Positions 1-11,603 of a stretch of DNA of 64,000 bases are shown here, in pieces. Under the pieces are notes generated by a model. That model did no database searches and was not told the DNA's origin. It saw only the letters and a program-made list of their open reading frames with translations. A program made the position numbers and the translations under genes. Position 1 is the first letter of the stretch, and each line of letters begins with the position of its first letter. This stretch comes from Azolla caroliniana. Its lineage: Eukaryota; Plantae; Polypodiophyta. The stretch is taken from contig JBHGNT010000006.1 in NCBI GenBank assembly GCA_043228905.1, forward strand, positions 12,586,001 through 12,650,000. The letters run 5' to 3'.

Positions 1-190
1 AAAGGTAGATCAAAGTTGAAGGTAGATAAGAGTCAATGGCTCCATAGAGTTGAAGGTATATCAGAGGTGAATATAATTTAGAGTCAAAGATTAGTAAAAG
101 TCAAATGTAACTCGGAGTCGACGGTAAGGCATAGTCGAAGACTCCATAGAGTTGAAGGTAGGTTAGAGTCGAAGGTATGTCATAGTCAAA
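1..190 (+). repeat. Degenerate short tandem repeat (approx. 17-bp unit, consensus like AGAGTCGAAGGTAGRTT)
   Basis: Recurrent gagtcgaaggta/gagttgaaggta motifs across 1-190. Confidence 0.6.
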
Positions 191-977
191 TTTGAACTAA
201 AATTCCCCTCTTATATTCATGGTTCTTATTTCCCAAACAAGGAAAGCTATCCATCCTTTCTGAGCTCAAATGTTTAAAAACAAAGTTCATGATGCTCGAC
301 CAAGAGAAACAATATTTGCTAGGGGATCTACACCACAAGTGCAAAAAATCAAGAATTGAAGCAACATATGCAAGAACTAGAGTTAGCATTGTTAATTGTG
401 CAACTAGACGGACCACACATGTTGTTGCATGAATGCATGTGTGCGTGTGAACATGAAAGAGACCATTAGGGACTTGAACTAATGATGATGGATTTGGTCA
501 AAGTCATCTAGGCCAAAGAGCTTATGGGATGTCACTTTCACACTTGTTTTCTCTTTGTAATCCTTTCTTAAGTATAAAAGAAAAGGTTTAGGTGACGTAG
601 CCACTACGTTGTCATGAAGTGTGCATCACACACGTGTGGACAAACACTGAGCCTCTATTTGTAAGTTGCGAAGGAGTACATACCTGTTGATCATGGAGCT
701 TGAACACATGACCACAAGGTCAAGAATGACTTGGTGTGATTGTCACGCACAATTTCATGTCTAGAGTTATATCAACATTTACCTTTTAAAGAGGAATGTG
801 ATGCCCGCCAACAACAAGGCTCTAGTCCATCCAAGAACACAAGGTTAAAAGCCTTGCACTCTTCCATTTGAGCTAGGCCAATTTAGTTTGCATTGTTCAA
901 TCTAAGCTAGATAGATTAGCTCCATTTCACTCTTAGAGTTAGATGACCATTTATGATTTAACAAAGCATGCCACACC

Positions 978-1049
978 CTTGACCATGGTGCTTGAACCAA
1001 TGACCACAAGGTTAAGAGCCTTGCGCTCTTTGATCTAAGCTAGGTCGAC
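978..1049 (-). pseudogene. tRNA-Lys(CUU) pseudogene (best-preserved array unit)
   Basis: Minus strand GTCGACCTAGCTTAGATCAAAGAGCGCAAGGCTCTTAACCTTGTGGTCATTGGTTCAAGCACCATGGTCAAG; anticodon arm CAAGG-CT-CTT-AA-CCTTG intact, D and T arms mutated. Confidence 0.75.
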
Positions 1050-1133
1050 TCGGTCCTTGGTTTTTAACTTCATTCATGGCATGCCACACCTGCCAACTAT
1101 GGGGCTCGAACCCATGACCATAGGCGTGCCATG

Positions 1134-1610
1134 TGTTGGCTGCCTTGGATGACCAAGTGGCAAAGGAAGAAAAGGGGGAAAAGACAAAGGAACGGTTACG
1201 ACGAGTGAAGAAGACAGGTGGACCGAAGTGTTGTAAAGAAGGCATAACAACTAAAGCATTCATGAGGGATAATGGTTCATGCGCCAAGCGTTACTGCCCA
1301 TGACCCTATATAAAGGGCACATGGAAAACCTGTAAAAATTGAATCATAATACTGTATGAAGAACTTTGGAATATAGATCTATTTTGCCTGGTTTCTGTGT
1401 CTCTATTCTGTGTTGAGTCATCATACTCTGTGTGTTAAGTACATTTGTGGTCGGCTATAGCCGTCTACATAATCTCCATGGTCTCCACGATCGAGATAGC
1501 AATTACGATTCTTGTATACACTTGTGCACTCCTTCCCTGACCACAATTCTCTTGAGCCGAACCCCGAAGGACCGAGGATTCAACACTGTGTTACCCTAAA
1601 CCGGTTAACA
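1134..1610 (+). mobile_element. Gypsy 3' LTR (Arg family) inserted in a tRNA-Lys unit, rest of element deleted
   Basis: TGTT...AACA ends; preceded by ggcgtgcca-tg as in the elements at 32784 and 39784; tRNA-Lys sequence resumes at 1611 (aagagccttg). Confidence 0.75.
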
Positions 1611-1955
1611 AAGAGCCTTGTGCTCTTCCATTTGAGCTAGGTTGATTCGATGCTTGGCTCTTAAAAGATACATTTCATTCTAGATTTAGATGACCATTTG
1701 TGACATGCCAGACATGCTGACCATGGGGCTCGTACCCATGACCACAAGGTTACACGCCTTGCACTCGTCCATGTTAGGTAGATCGGCCCAATACTTGGTT
1801 ATTATCATTTTAGATTAATATGAGAAGCCACACCCACCGACCATGGGGCTCGAACCCATTAAAAGATACATTTCATTCTAGATTTAGATGACCATTAATG
1901 ATCCATTTCATTCTAAATCAGATTTAGTTGACCGTTCATGACATGCCACACCTGC

Positions 1956-4900
1956 TATCTTGGAGGATTTCGGCTACTGAGAGAGAAGTCCAACAAAAGC
2001 ACGTGAACTCAGGTGTGCAAGTATGCACATGAACATGGTCTTATGTACAAAACATTGTAAATATTGAAATGTAATAAGTACAAGACAATGGGATTTGAAT
2101 AAGGTACTTTAATGTCCCACAAAAAGAGGGGAATAAAGTGTGTGATGAGAGAAAATCGTGGGGAAGAATCTCTGATGAAAACGGTTGTCTTTACTATTGA
2201 TGTAATGGCCTCTCCTTGTGCTATAAAAGGAGAGGACCGAGACTGAGAGAGGAATCCATCGTTTTGGAGGGAGAAGTGTTGTCGGTTTGACGTCTGTAGA
2301 TTTCAGGTTTTCTGTCTTGTGCTTTCGGGGAGGGAGGGGGAGGCCTCTACTCGCGTAGGAAGCCCATGTGATCTCGACGAGAGGTTCATCGGTTCTGTGT
2401 GTTTGCATGTGCAACGTTTGAAGCTCTGTTGTCGGGCAAGACCTGTTAATTTTCTCTATCTTTTGATTAAATTTGGTATTCGTTGTATCTCTCTCTGTTT
2501 GTGTGTGTTTGGAACATTCTCTTCTCTATTTCTATTCCTATTTCGTATATTTATTTGAGTCTCCGAGCCTGTGTGCTCATCCTCCAGAATCCGGTGAAAG
2601 GCCCGGTTCGGATAGACGTTAGTGAGCCCCTGTGCTCCATGAAGATCCCCGGCAACCGAACTAGATAGACACTGTAAGTTGTGTGGTCTCTCTTTGACTC
2701 CTTGGTACAAGGCCCCGATGGTCCTCCTCAGTTCGACACATACGCATGGAATTCCGCGCCATCTTTGGTGAACCTGAAATGAAGGGATGGCAAAGGAGTC
2801 CAAGATGAGAGGAGGCGAGCTAGCAGAAGCGATGGTGGCCGCCATGGACCACCTTGTGAATGCTCAAGAGAGCTCGGCGGGGCTCGAAAGAGCCATTGAG
2901 ATGATAGTCGGCATGACAGGCCGATTTAATGGAAAGGATGTCAAAAACTACATGGAGGCCTACAAGGCCGAAATGCTGATGCAAGATATTCCGGAGGATA
3001 GGTGGTTGCCCGGATTTCCTCGAGTCGTCACACCAAGCATCCACACGGACGTGCTCGAGATACAAGCCAACTGTCAAAATTGTTTGAAGCTCGAGGAGTG
3101 ACTCCTCGACAGGTATGGCTTCAATGACTCACTTCGGCTATCGGAGAGGAAGCTTATGGAGTGGGTCAAGCTCCCTGGCAAAGGAAGGAGCACATCGTCG
3201 CTTCTCTAGGAGTTCGAGGATTCATGTGGTTGTCGGCGCTTGACCGGACAGTGCTCGATAGGAGTAAGGTCCTATTATTTATAAAATCAGTTGACCTGCA
3301 TGACCGGGAGAAGCTTGGTCCCCTGTTGGAGATGGATGAAGGGCTCATGACTGACTAGGCCGTGGTGAAACGAGTCTACAACCATTTCAAAACGATAGGA
3401 GTGGAATGATGAGGGGTCTTCGTCGATTGGCTTGGCCATTAGAAGCATAACGGAGGTAGTTCCAACTTGATCGGAAGAGACAAGAAGGCGGCTCGAGTCG
3501 GGGTCGGTTCTGACCAACGTGGTCGAGGAACCATCTGGGGGTGCGCCACTGGAAGAGCTGACAAAGATGGTGTGCGATCTCCAGATCTCTTAAGCTTGGA
3601 GGGGAGGCGGGGGTCAATTGCGTGATCCACGCTCTCCAAATAACCTTAAATGCATGTGGTGCGACAGTGTCGGCCACATTTGAAGAGACTGCGCCGACTT
3701 TACCGAGGCACTAAGGAACAACGTGGTGTACCTATGGGACGACCGGGTACACGCGAGCGAAATGTGAAGGCCCCTAGAAATGAACATCGGTCGGGGCGGG
3801 ATGAAGAGGTTAATGGAGGAAGTCGCGGCTCGACATGTCGAGGCTGTTCACTACTCGACATCGGCCGATATTCGGGTCAGAGAGGATAAGGACGGTAGGA
3901 TGAGAAAGGACGTTGGATTTTGGCTGGTAATACTTGAAGGATTCTCTAAGAAGAGGCTGAGGAAGGAAGAGGCCAACTGCATGGAGAAGCGGGTTTGGGA
4001 AGTCACTAGATGGAGCGATTTGATTGAGGAGAAAACCAGCTTCGTGGAAGTCGCATGCTAGAACTACGAAGTTTTGGTCAAACTCAAATAGATCGGGAAT
4101 GTCGAATAGGCAGGTTCTTCGAATAAGTATGACACCCGAAGCGGGTCCGTGGTCCAAACGACCCGAGAGAGAAGTATAAGGGAAAGTTTCCGAGCTTATG
4201 ATTGAGGAGGGAAATTGAAAAGTCGACATACCTGCGAAAGGTCTTACAGGATGGGTGGAACTCTCACTATGCGAAGTGTTGGGTATTGCAAAGAAAGAGT
4301 GCCATGACACTATAATGGACCTAGTGAAGAGAGAGCGGTTCATGACAAGATCCTGAAAGTGAAAGGCTGGTCGAGGTGGCGCATATTGATGAGATGGTGA
4401 TAGAGGAAGAATATGCTGAAAGCCACACTACATGCGGTTGCACTGGGCAAGGGTGGTGATAGAGAGTCCGATCTAGATCAGAGATGTGAAGGAACTAGTG
4501 GTGACGTTGATCGACCATAGATCAGAAATTAATTTGATGTCCATGGATTTCTGCAAGAAGGGAAAATGACCAATCAACACAAAGCATAGGTGGAAGATAT
4601 GCGAGGCGACCCGTGCTATAGAAGAACTCCACGGTGTGTGTCCGAACGTCCGGGTGAAGGTTGGTGAAGTCGAAATCGACCGACACTTCTTTGTGCAACA
4701 ATTGTCCTCTCACCCCATCATACTTGGTGAACCATACATCACGACAACTCGTATGGAGATGAAGGTGCTGGACAACGGTTTGGCATATGTGAGAGTGAGG
4801 AGCGAGGACGGTCGGCACTCTGTCCAATTCCTAACGGTTCGGTCGACCCATGAGCGAAATCGGGACACTCTCGGCTGCGAGGGCGGAGAGTATTTTTGAG

Positions 4901-7395
4901 GAGGACTATCAAGGCATGGGGTAACGATAGTCCCGATGACCGGAAGAAACCCCACACCTGTACATTAGATAGGAAGTTTTGGTTCTCCGACAACGGAGGC
5001 TGTATAGTAACCGACATTGATGGCCAGGAGAAATGACAAGTCGAGGGGCTCCTGAAGGCATGCGGAGCCTTAGGACTTGATGACACTATCAGTGGTGTCG
5101 TGGAGGCGATCTCATTCAACAACACCCTAGGGGAGATTGAGAGGGTAATAGAGGAAGAATTGAGTGAAGACCCGATGATACCGGTCAACATGATCAGAAT
5201 GTATGAGGTCATCGAGGGGTTTGGTCAAATGGTCAGAGCGAATCGGAAAGCCCACGTTGACACGAAGTACAAGACGGTGGACCGGAAGGTGAGGCCTGTT
5301 GCGACACCCTTACCGGAGGATAGCTGGGAGCGGATAAAGGGGGTCGTGACCGACCCGAGCCTGAGGAACCCGCATGATATAGGACACTGATCGGTGGGGG
5401 TGGCTTCCTATTGCCCACAGAGGAGGATTGGTTTCAAACGATGCTTGAAAGGCACGGGAAGGCCTTTGCATTCTCATCGAAGGAGATCGGGTGCATCAAC
5501 CCGACCATCGTTGAACTGATGGTGATCTTCATGGTACCACATGTGCTGTGGAACTTGAAGCTGATTCCGGTGCTGAGAGCTCACATCCCGAAGTTGATGG
5601 AGCTGCTCAAGTAAAAGATTGACATGGGGATCCTCGAACTGTCAAACACCATGTATTTGAATTAGTGGTCTATGGTGCCGAAGAAGAATGACAGATTGCG
5701 CTTCATACAGGACCTACAACCTATCAACAAAGTGACAATTCGGAATGCAGGGGTCGGGTCAATGATCGATGAGTTCGTAGAGGCCTTTGTCGGAAGGTCG
5801 ATCTACTCGGTCGGAGACTTGTACTTGGGTACAATTAGTTCTAACTAGCCATCGAAAGTAGGGAAATCACGATGATGCGGACCCCTCTCGGCTTAGTTTG
5901 GATGTGTACCCTACCACAAGGTGGGACGAAATCGGTGGTGCACATGGTGAATGCGATGAACAAGGTACTGAGGGATTGCATCCCGGACATCACCATGACA
6001 TTCTTGGATGACATCCCGATAAAGGGGTGTCCGGACTCTGGAGGACGTAAAGGATGAGTCGGCTAGGGAGGGCAAATGTCGGAAGTTCGTTGCCGACCAC
6101 ATCGCCGATTGCAAGAAGATACTAGAGAGACTGGAAGGAGCGTGGCTCACCTTCTCGGGGGAGAAGTCGGCATTCGGGCAATCAGAGATCTTGGTGATCA
6201 GACACCTATGTGGACCCTATGCCATCTACCACATTTGGATTCCCAACTATGGGTTGTTGAAGAAGGGGTGGAAGTTCGAATGGGGCGAAGGGCACTCAGA
6301 GGCGATGCAAAGACTGAAGGGGATGCTGACGGAGGCATCGGGTCTTTGGAAGGAGATCTATGGAAAGGAGTCTCCGATTTACGTGGTGGTCGACACAAAT
6401 CTGACCAGAATAAGATGGGTAATAATCAGGAGGACGAAGCCAAAAGGAGATTTGCCATCTGATTCAGCGTAGAAGTTTTGAGTGAGTGACAACAATGATA
6501 CGCCCAAGTCAAGAGAGAAGTATGAGGTATCGTTTTGACGGTAAAGGATGATAAGGATTAACTGATCCAGACAGAGGTGATTATCGAGATGGACTGTCTC
6601 CTGATTCTCAGGGTGGTATCTGGATGTGTGACCCCAGACTTGGCAATGCTCAGGTGGATCGCGTATATTAAGTCCCTGAACTTGGAGATACTTCACATCT
6701 CCGGGAAAGACAACGTCATGGGCGATATGCTTTCGAGAGCACGGTTTGAAGGAGAAGAAGGCATGATATCGGAATACTAAGAAGTCGGGGTGGACTTCTT
6801 CAACTCAGTTCAACTGTCGGCGAACAAACGGAGCACTCTGACCCTACACAAGTTCAATGAGAACGACTATGACAAGGAGTGCCTCCTGATAGGGAGATTC
6901 CTGAGCACGATGATGGCGGAGGCATCATGGTCAAAGGAAGAGGCCAGCCAAATCCGGAAGAAGGCATATAAGTTCTTCCTACAGGACAGGGTAATCTGAC
7001 GACACCCGAAGAGGCGAAACGGTACACCACTTTGGGTGGTGACAAGAAAAGAGGACCGGTCGGTTCTACTAGCCGAGTTTCATGAAAGCCCTTGGTTCGG
7101 ACATTGGGGTATGTGGGCCACATTCAAAAACCTCAAGGAGAGATACTGGTAGCCGAGAATGTACAATGATGCGCATCACTTCGTGACAACATGCGAAAGT
7201 TGTCAAGTACATTCCGGAGTTCAACACCGCGACAAGCTGCACCCGACCTACCTGCAAACCATTCCCTTCAAGTGGATGATTGATTTAGTTATGATGCCAA
7301 TGGCGGTAGGACAAATGAGATACCTAGTAATTGTGAGGGAAAATTTGACGAACTAGGTAGAAGGCCGATCTCTAACGAACAAGACAACCACAACT
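1956..7395 (+). mobile_element. Decayed Ty3/Gypsy element (tRNA-Trp PBS family), 3'-truncated
   Basis: LTR approx. 1956-2761; degenerate PBS tggtgaacctgaaatgaa 2766-2783; fragmented gag (MTGRFNGKDV, from 2787), protease (approx. 4480-4900), RT (LPQGGT..FLDDIPIKG), RNase H and integrase (CESCQ) with many stops. Confidence 0.85.
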
Positions 7396-8556
7396 TGTTG
7401 GGAAATGGGTCCCTCTGGATGGGAAGAGTATGAGTCGAATCAAATAGAGAGTCGACAAGAAATCAAATGATGGATTTAATAGTTGATTCGGGAGACTAAT
7501 TTTGTAAATAGTCTTAATGTGCCCCTGTGGGCCATATTTGTAAATAGCCCAAAAAGTTGTATTAGTATAAATACAACTAGGGCAAACTTTATGATGTGTA
7601 GTTGATCATTGTTGTATAGTTGGCGAAGTTTTTGCCTCTGTAACTAAGTGAGAGAGAGTGAGAGAGAGTGAGAGTTGTAACTCTATCGCTGTTTGTTAGA
7701 CGAAAATGAGCTTGAGCTCGTTGCCTTTGAATCTCCTTGTATTCCTCTCTCTACATATAGTGATTTGTGGACCCTTGTGGTTTTTCCCTTTTGGGTTTTC
7801 ACATAGAATATCTTGTGTCTCTGTATCTTTTCGTTCATGTTCTTTGTTTTCTGTCTTAGCATTGTCTTACTCATTTCATTGGACTCGAATACGTTGTCGT
7901 GATGTGGCATGTCTAGTGCGAGAAAAAGTCAAAAATTGAGGATCCACACACATTTCACGAATACTTGTAAAAATGAAAATAAATAAACCTAGGTCACAAT
8001 AACATTGAGTGCATGTAGAGGGTTACAAGTAGAATTTGAACCTTGCACCTCTAAGATAAGAGGCAATTACCTTACCACTAAAGCTACTACTAAGTGCTTT
8101 AGATGTTCTATATTTCTTTCTCATATTCAGTATTCTGTAGGAAACAAACGAACAAAACCGTCTAAGAACACCACAGTTTAAGCCCATGGTTTCCTGCATG
8201 TCACAAAGAAAAACTGTGTGCACAGAAACCATGGCTCCAAGCCCATGGTTTTGTGCATGGACAAACCTATAAAACCCCTAGTACGGCTTGTGTAAGGGGG
8301 GGGCTCAATATGATATGAGCATCATCATCACCATCAATAATATAAGCTTCTATTTCTTCTTCTTCACATCTATCTTGTAATTATTTATCTATTTCTCAAG
8401 TGTACAATCTTCAATCTTCTCAAGTGTAATAGGTCTTCCTCCAATCTTACATTCACATCGTCCTCTTCTCAATACCTTGATGGACATCCTCCTTGGTCCA
8501 AGACCCCGGTGGTTCCGCTCAAGTAGCACACGCACGCGCATCTTCGCGACATTTAG

Positions 8557-8574
8557 TGGTGAACCCGACGTGAA
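8557..8574 (+). promoter_or_regulatory. Primer binding site complementary to tRNA-Trp 3' end
   Basis: tggtgaacccgacgtgaa is the reverse complement of the plant tRNA-Trp(CCA) end TTCACGTCGGGTTCACCA as recalled. Confidence 0.85.
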
Positions 8575-8705
8575 AGAGGCGGTAGGAAGGATCAAGCCAA
8601 GATTAATACTTGGAGATGGCCTCCTCAAGCAACCAAGCGGGAGAGCTCGAAAGGATGATGCTAATCGTTGAGCAAATGATGAGATCTTAGGACAACGACA
8701 CGAGC

Positions 8706-10601
8706 GTGGAGAAGGCTGTCGATCGTGTCATAAAGCTCAAGGGCCAATTTGATGGAAGGAACGTTACGAAGTTCCTTGACACATATAGAAGGGAGATGAA
8801 TCAGAGGAACATGTTCGAAGCACGTAAAATCGCAAGCTTCAAGAGAGTTGTCGCCAACAACATCCAAAGACATGTCATCGAGCTTCAAGAAGGTAAGACA
8901 ACATGGTCCGAGTTCGAGAAAACGATACTAGCGGAGTTCGCGACTGAAGACTCAATGAGGATGACTCGACATGCCCTGATGAAGTGGATAGAGAAGAAGA
9001 ATAAGAAGATGAGTGCCTCGAGGGTGTACGACGAATTCGACTAGATATTTGGCCGTCTCCCCAACACGGATCAAGTGCTACTTGAAGAGGACAAGACTTT
9101 ATACTTCTTAAAAGCTGTGGACATGAAGGATAGAAGAGAGTTGGGGACTCTCCTCGAAGATGATACCCAAGCGAACGGGTGTGTGGCGGACTGGGTTGCG
9201 GTGAAGCAAGCATGCAACAAGATCGATAGACGTCGTCGATGGCTTGATGGTATTGACTTGGAAAGGCCGATCATAGAGAAAGAAAAACCATCCAAAGAAG
9301 TAGAGACGCCTAAACAACGCATGCAACATGAAAAGAAGATTGATGATGAGTCGAGGACGATGACGACCATTTCAAAGGAGGACAAATGTTTCAGAACATG
9401 CGTCGAGTTCAAAACAAAGAATGATGAAGGAGCAAGCCTAATTGAAGCTTGCATTAAAGGAGATAAAGAGTGTGAGATCGACATGATAGAGGATCTAGCC
9501 ACTAAAAACGAGGAGGTGGCTATGAGCAAGACAACAAGAGTCGACAACGACCATGGCGAGATTTTCTCCGTAGCTGTACTAGAGACTTGGGCAGTTGTGT
9601 CCGCTAACCAACGTGAGACCCAAGAGACGGGAGGTGGCGGCAAAGAACCAAAGGTCGAAGCTAAAGAGAGAAGGATAATCGAAGCTTGTTCGATCAAGAG
9701 AGTCAATGGGTGCGAGGCCCATGAGATTGAAGACATAGCCACGAAAAACGACATCGAGTCGGAGAGGGCTATGAACGAGTCAATGGCGACTGGTCCTATT
9801 GAGACTTTCCCACTGCTAACTCTAGAGACTTCGGCGGTTGCTATCGAAAGGCAACGTGAGACCGAAGAGACGGAAGATGGAGGAGAGACAACAAAGATCA
9901 AAGCCGATGTCTATGATGAAGAAATAGCCGAGAATGAGGCTATGGACGAAACGACGGAGGAAGGTAATACTAAGGAATCCGGCCCGCTAATTCTAGAGAC
10001 TCCGGCGGTTGTGTTCGAGAACCAATGTGAGACCGGAGAGACAGATGGTGGCAAAAAGGAAGAGAAGGACAAAGATAGTACAGACAATGACGACAACCAA
10101 ATTTCCTCCACACTCTTTCCAAAGACTTGGGCAATTGCGTCTGAGAACCGATGTAAGACCCAAGAGACGGAAGGTGATGGCGAAGAACCGAAGGCCGAAA
10201 CTAATACATGCGGCAAAAGACGGAAGCTGGCGGCGAGGAAGCAAAGGTCAATGCTGATTCGTGCAACGACGACAAGGAAACAAAGATCGATGTTGATTCA
10301 AGAAACATTAAGATGGAAATGGCTAAGTGCGGCACGAAAAAGGAAAACGACAGAAATGTATGGGTCCCTCCACACTCTTTCCGGAGACCTGGGCATTAAC
10401 CTATGTAAGACCCAAGAGAAGGATAGTGACGGGGAAGAAGTAAGGGTTAAAGTTGATGCGTGCAACGAAGAATTTGCGCAAAATATGGTAAGGGATGGCG
10501 ATGACCAAGCGAGCCATGAGGATTTGACGAATGTGATCAAAACATCTATCAAAGACATTATTGTGAATGAGTCCAAGTGCCTTGAGCAAGGAGACGATTG
10601 A
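8706..10601 (+). pseudogene. Gag-like ORF (one internal stop at about 9044) fused to an acidic tandem-repeat region
   Basis: N-terminus GQFDGRNVTKFLDTYRREM resembles gag at 2787; C-terminal part has about 5 repeats of LET.AV...NQ.ETQET..GG.E.K. Confidence 0.7.
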
Positions 10602-10847
10602 GACTAAGGCGGAACATTCATGAGACTTAAACGATTATCCTCAGGAAGGGAGCAAGGGGCCATGACAACAAGTCATGGTAAAGCAAAGAAAAGATGAATG
10701 ATATGGTGGATTGGTTGGCATCCATGATTCGAGTGCAAAGGAAAGGACATGCTCGACGTGGAGGAGTTATGTTGATCACCATTGCTGAAATCTCACTTTC
10801 TCTCTTCTTGGCACGTATCGGAGGACGTGCGGTTTGGTGGGGGTGGA

Positions 10848-11603
10848 TGTCGTGAAGATTTTCGGCAATGGTGTGAAAATCACATAAAATGTACAAAATC
10901 AAGTGTCAATCATATAAAACAATAATAGTGAATATAGTAATTCTAAGTAAGTTTAATATCTTAGTATAAAAGACGAAGATCTTGAAGAGGTGCACTTTAC
11001 TACATAAGAAATGGACATCTAAGTGTCAACTTATGTGGGTAAGAAGTTGCGAAAGAAATAGAGAAAATTATGAGATATCCCATATAGATAGGACGAATAA
11101 GGCCCTCACCATATATAAGGTGGAGCAAAAGTTATTATCTTTGTGTCTATGTGTGGAGCATATAGAGTTCAAGGTAACTTGACCTAAGAGTGGAGGTGGC
11201 CTAGCTACTTGTAAAGGTTTTGGTTGGCCAAAACCTTCACAAGTAGTTAGGCCACCTCCACTCTTAGTTGAAGTTACCTTGAACTCTCTATGCTCCACAC
11301 ATAGACACAAAGATAATAACTTTTGCTCCACCTTATATATGGTGAGGGCCTTATTCGTCCTGTCTATGTGGGATATCTCATAATTTTCTCTATTTCTTTC
11401 GCAACTTCTTACCCACATAAGTTGACACTTAGATGTCCGTTTCTTATGTAGTAAAGTGCACCTCTTCAAGATCTTCGTCTTTTATACTAAGATATTAAAC
11501 TTACTTAGAATTACTATATTCACTATTATTGTTTTATATGATTGACACTTGATTTTGTATGTTTTATGTGATTTTCACACCATTGCCGAAAATCTTCACG
11601 ACA
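10848..11603. repeat. 756-bp spacer-less palindrome (378-bp arms, approx. 97% identical)
   Basis: Starts tgtcgtgaagattttcggc, ends gccgaaaatcttcacgaca; centre ggttttggtt|ggccaaaacc between 11225 and 11226; about a dozen mismatches, mostly transitions. Confidence 0.97.

Larger units (their letters stand above)
688..1955 (-). repeat. Tandem array of degenerate tRNA-Lys-derived units with a shared spacer
   Basis: About 6 partial or full copies of ccatggggctcgaacccatgaccacaaggttaagagccttgcgctct (reverse complement of plant tRNA-Lys), separated by a repeated spacer (catttcattctagatttagatgaccatt...catgccacacc). Confidence 0.8.
7895..11603 (+). mobile_element. Non-autonomous gag-only Gypsy (tRNA-Trp PBS) with palindromic 3' terminus
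   Basis: ACGT on both sides (7891-7894, 11604-11607) with host LTR continuous across; LTR 7895-8551 TGTCG..CGACA; 18-nt Trp PBS 8557-8574; PPT-like ggtgggggtgga before 10848. Confidence 0.8.

Noticed and set aside
978-1049. Functional tRNA-Lys gene
   Set aside because: D-loop GG and acceptor/T-stem pairing are disrupted.
9071-9901. Long antisense ORFs over TE coding regions (also 52066-52857, 58866-59402)
   Set aside because: Shadow frames of the sense ORFs with no recognisable motifs.
10982-11469. Near-identical short ORFs on opposite strands
   Set aside because: A by-product of the palindrome; no coding signature.
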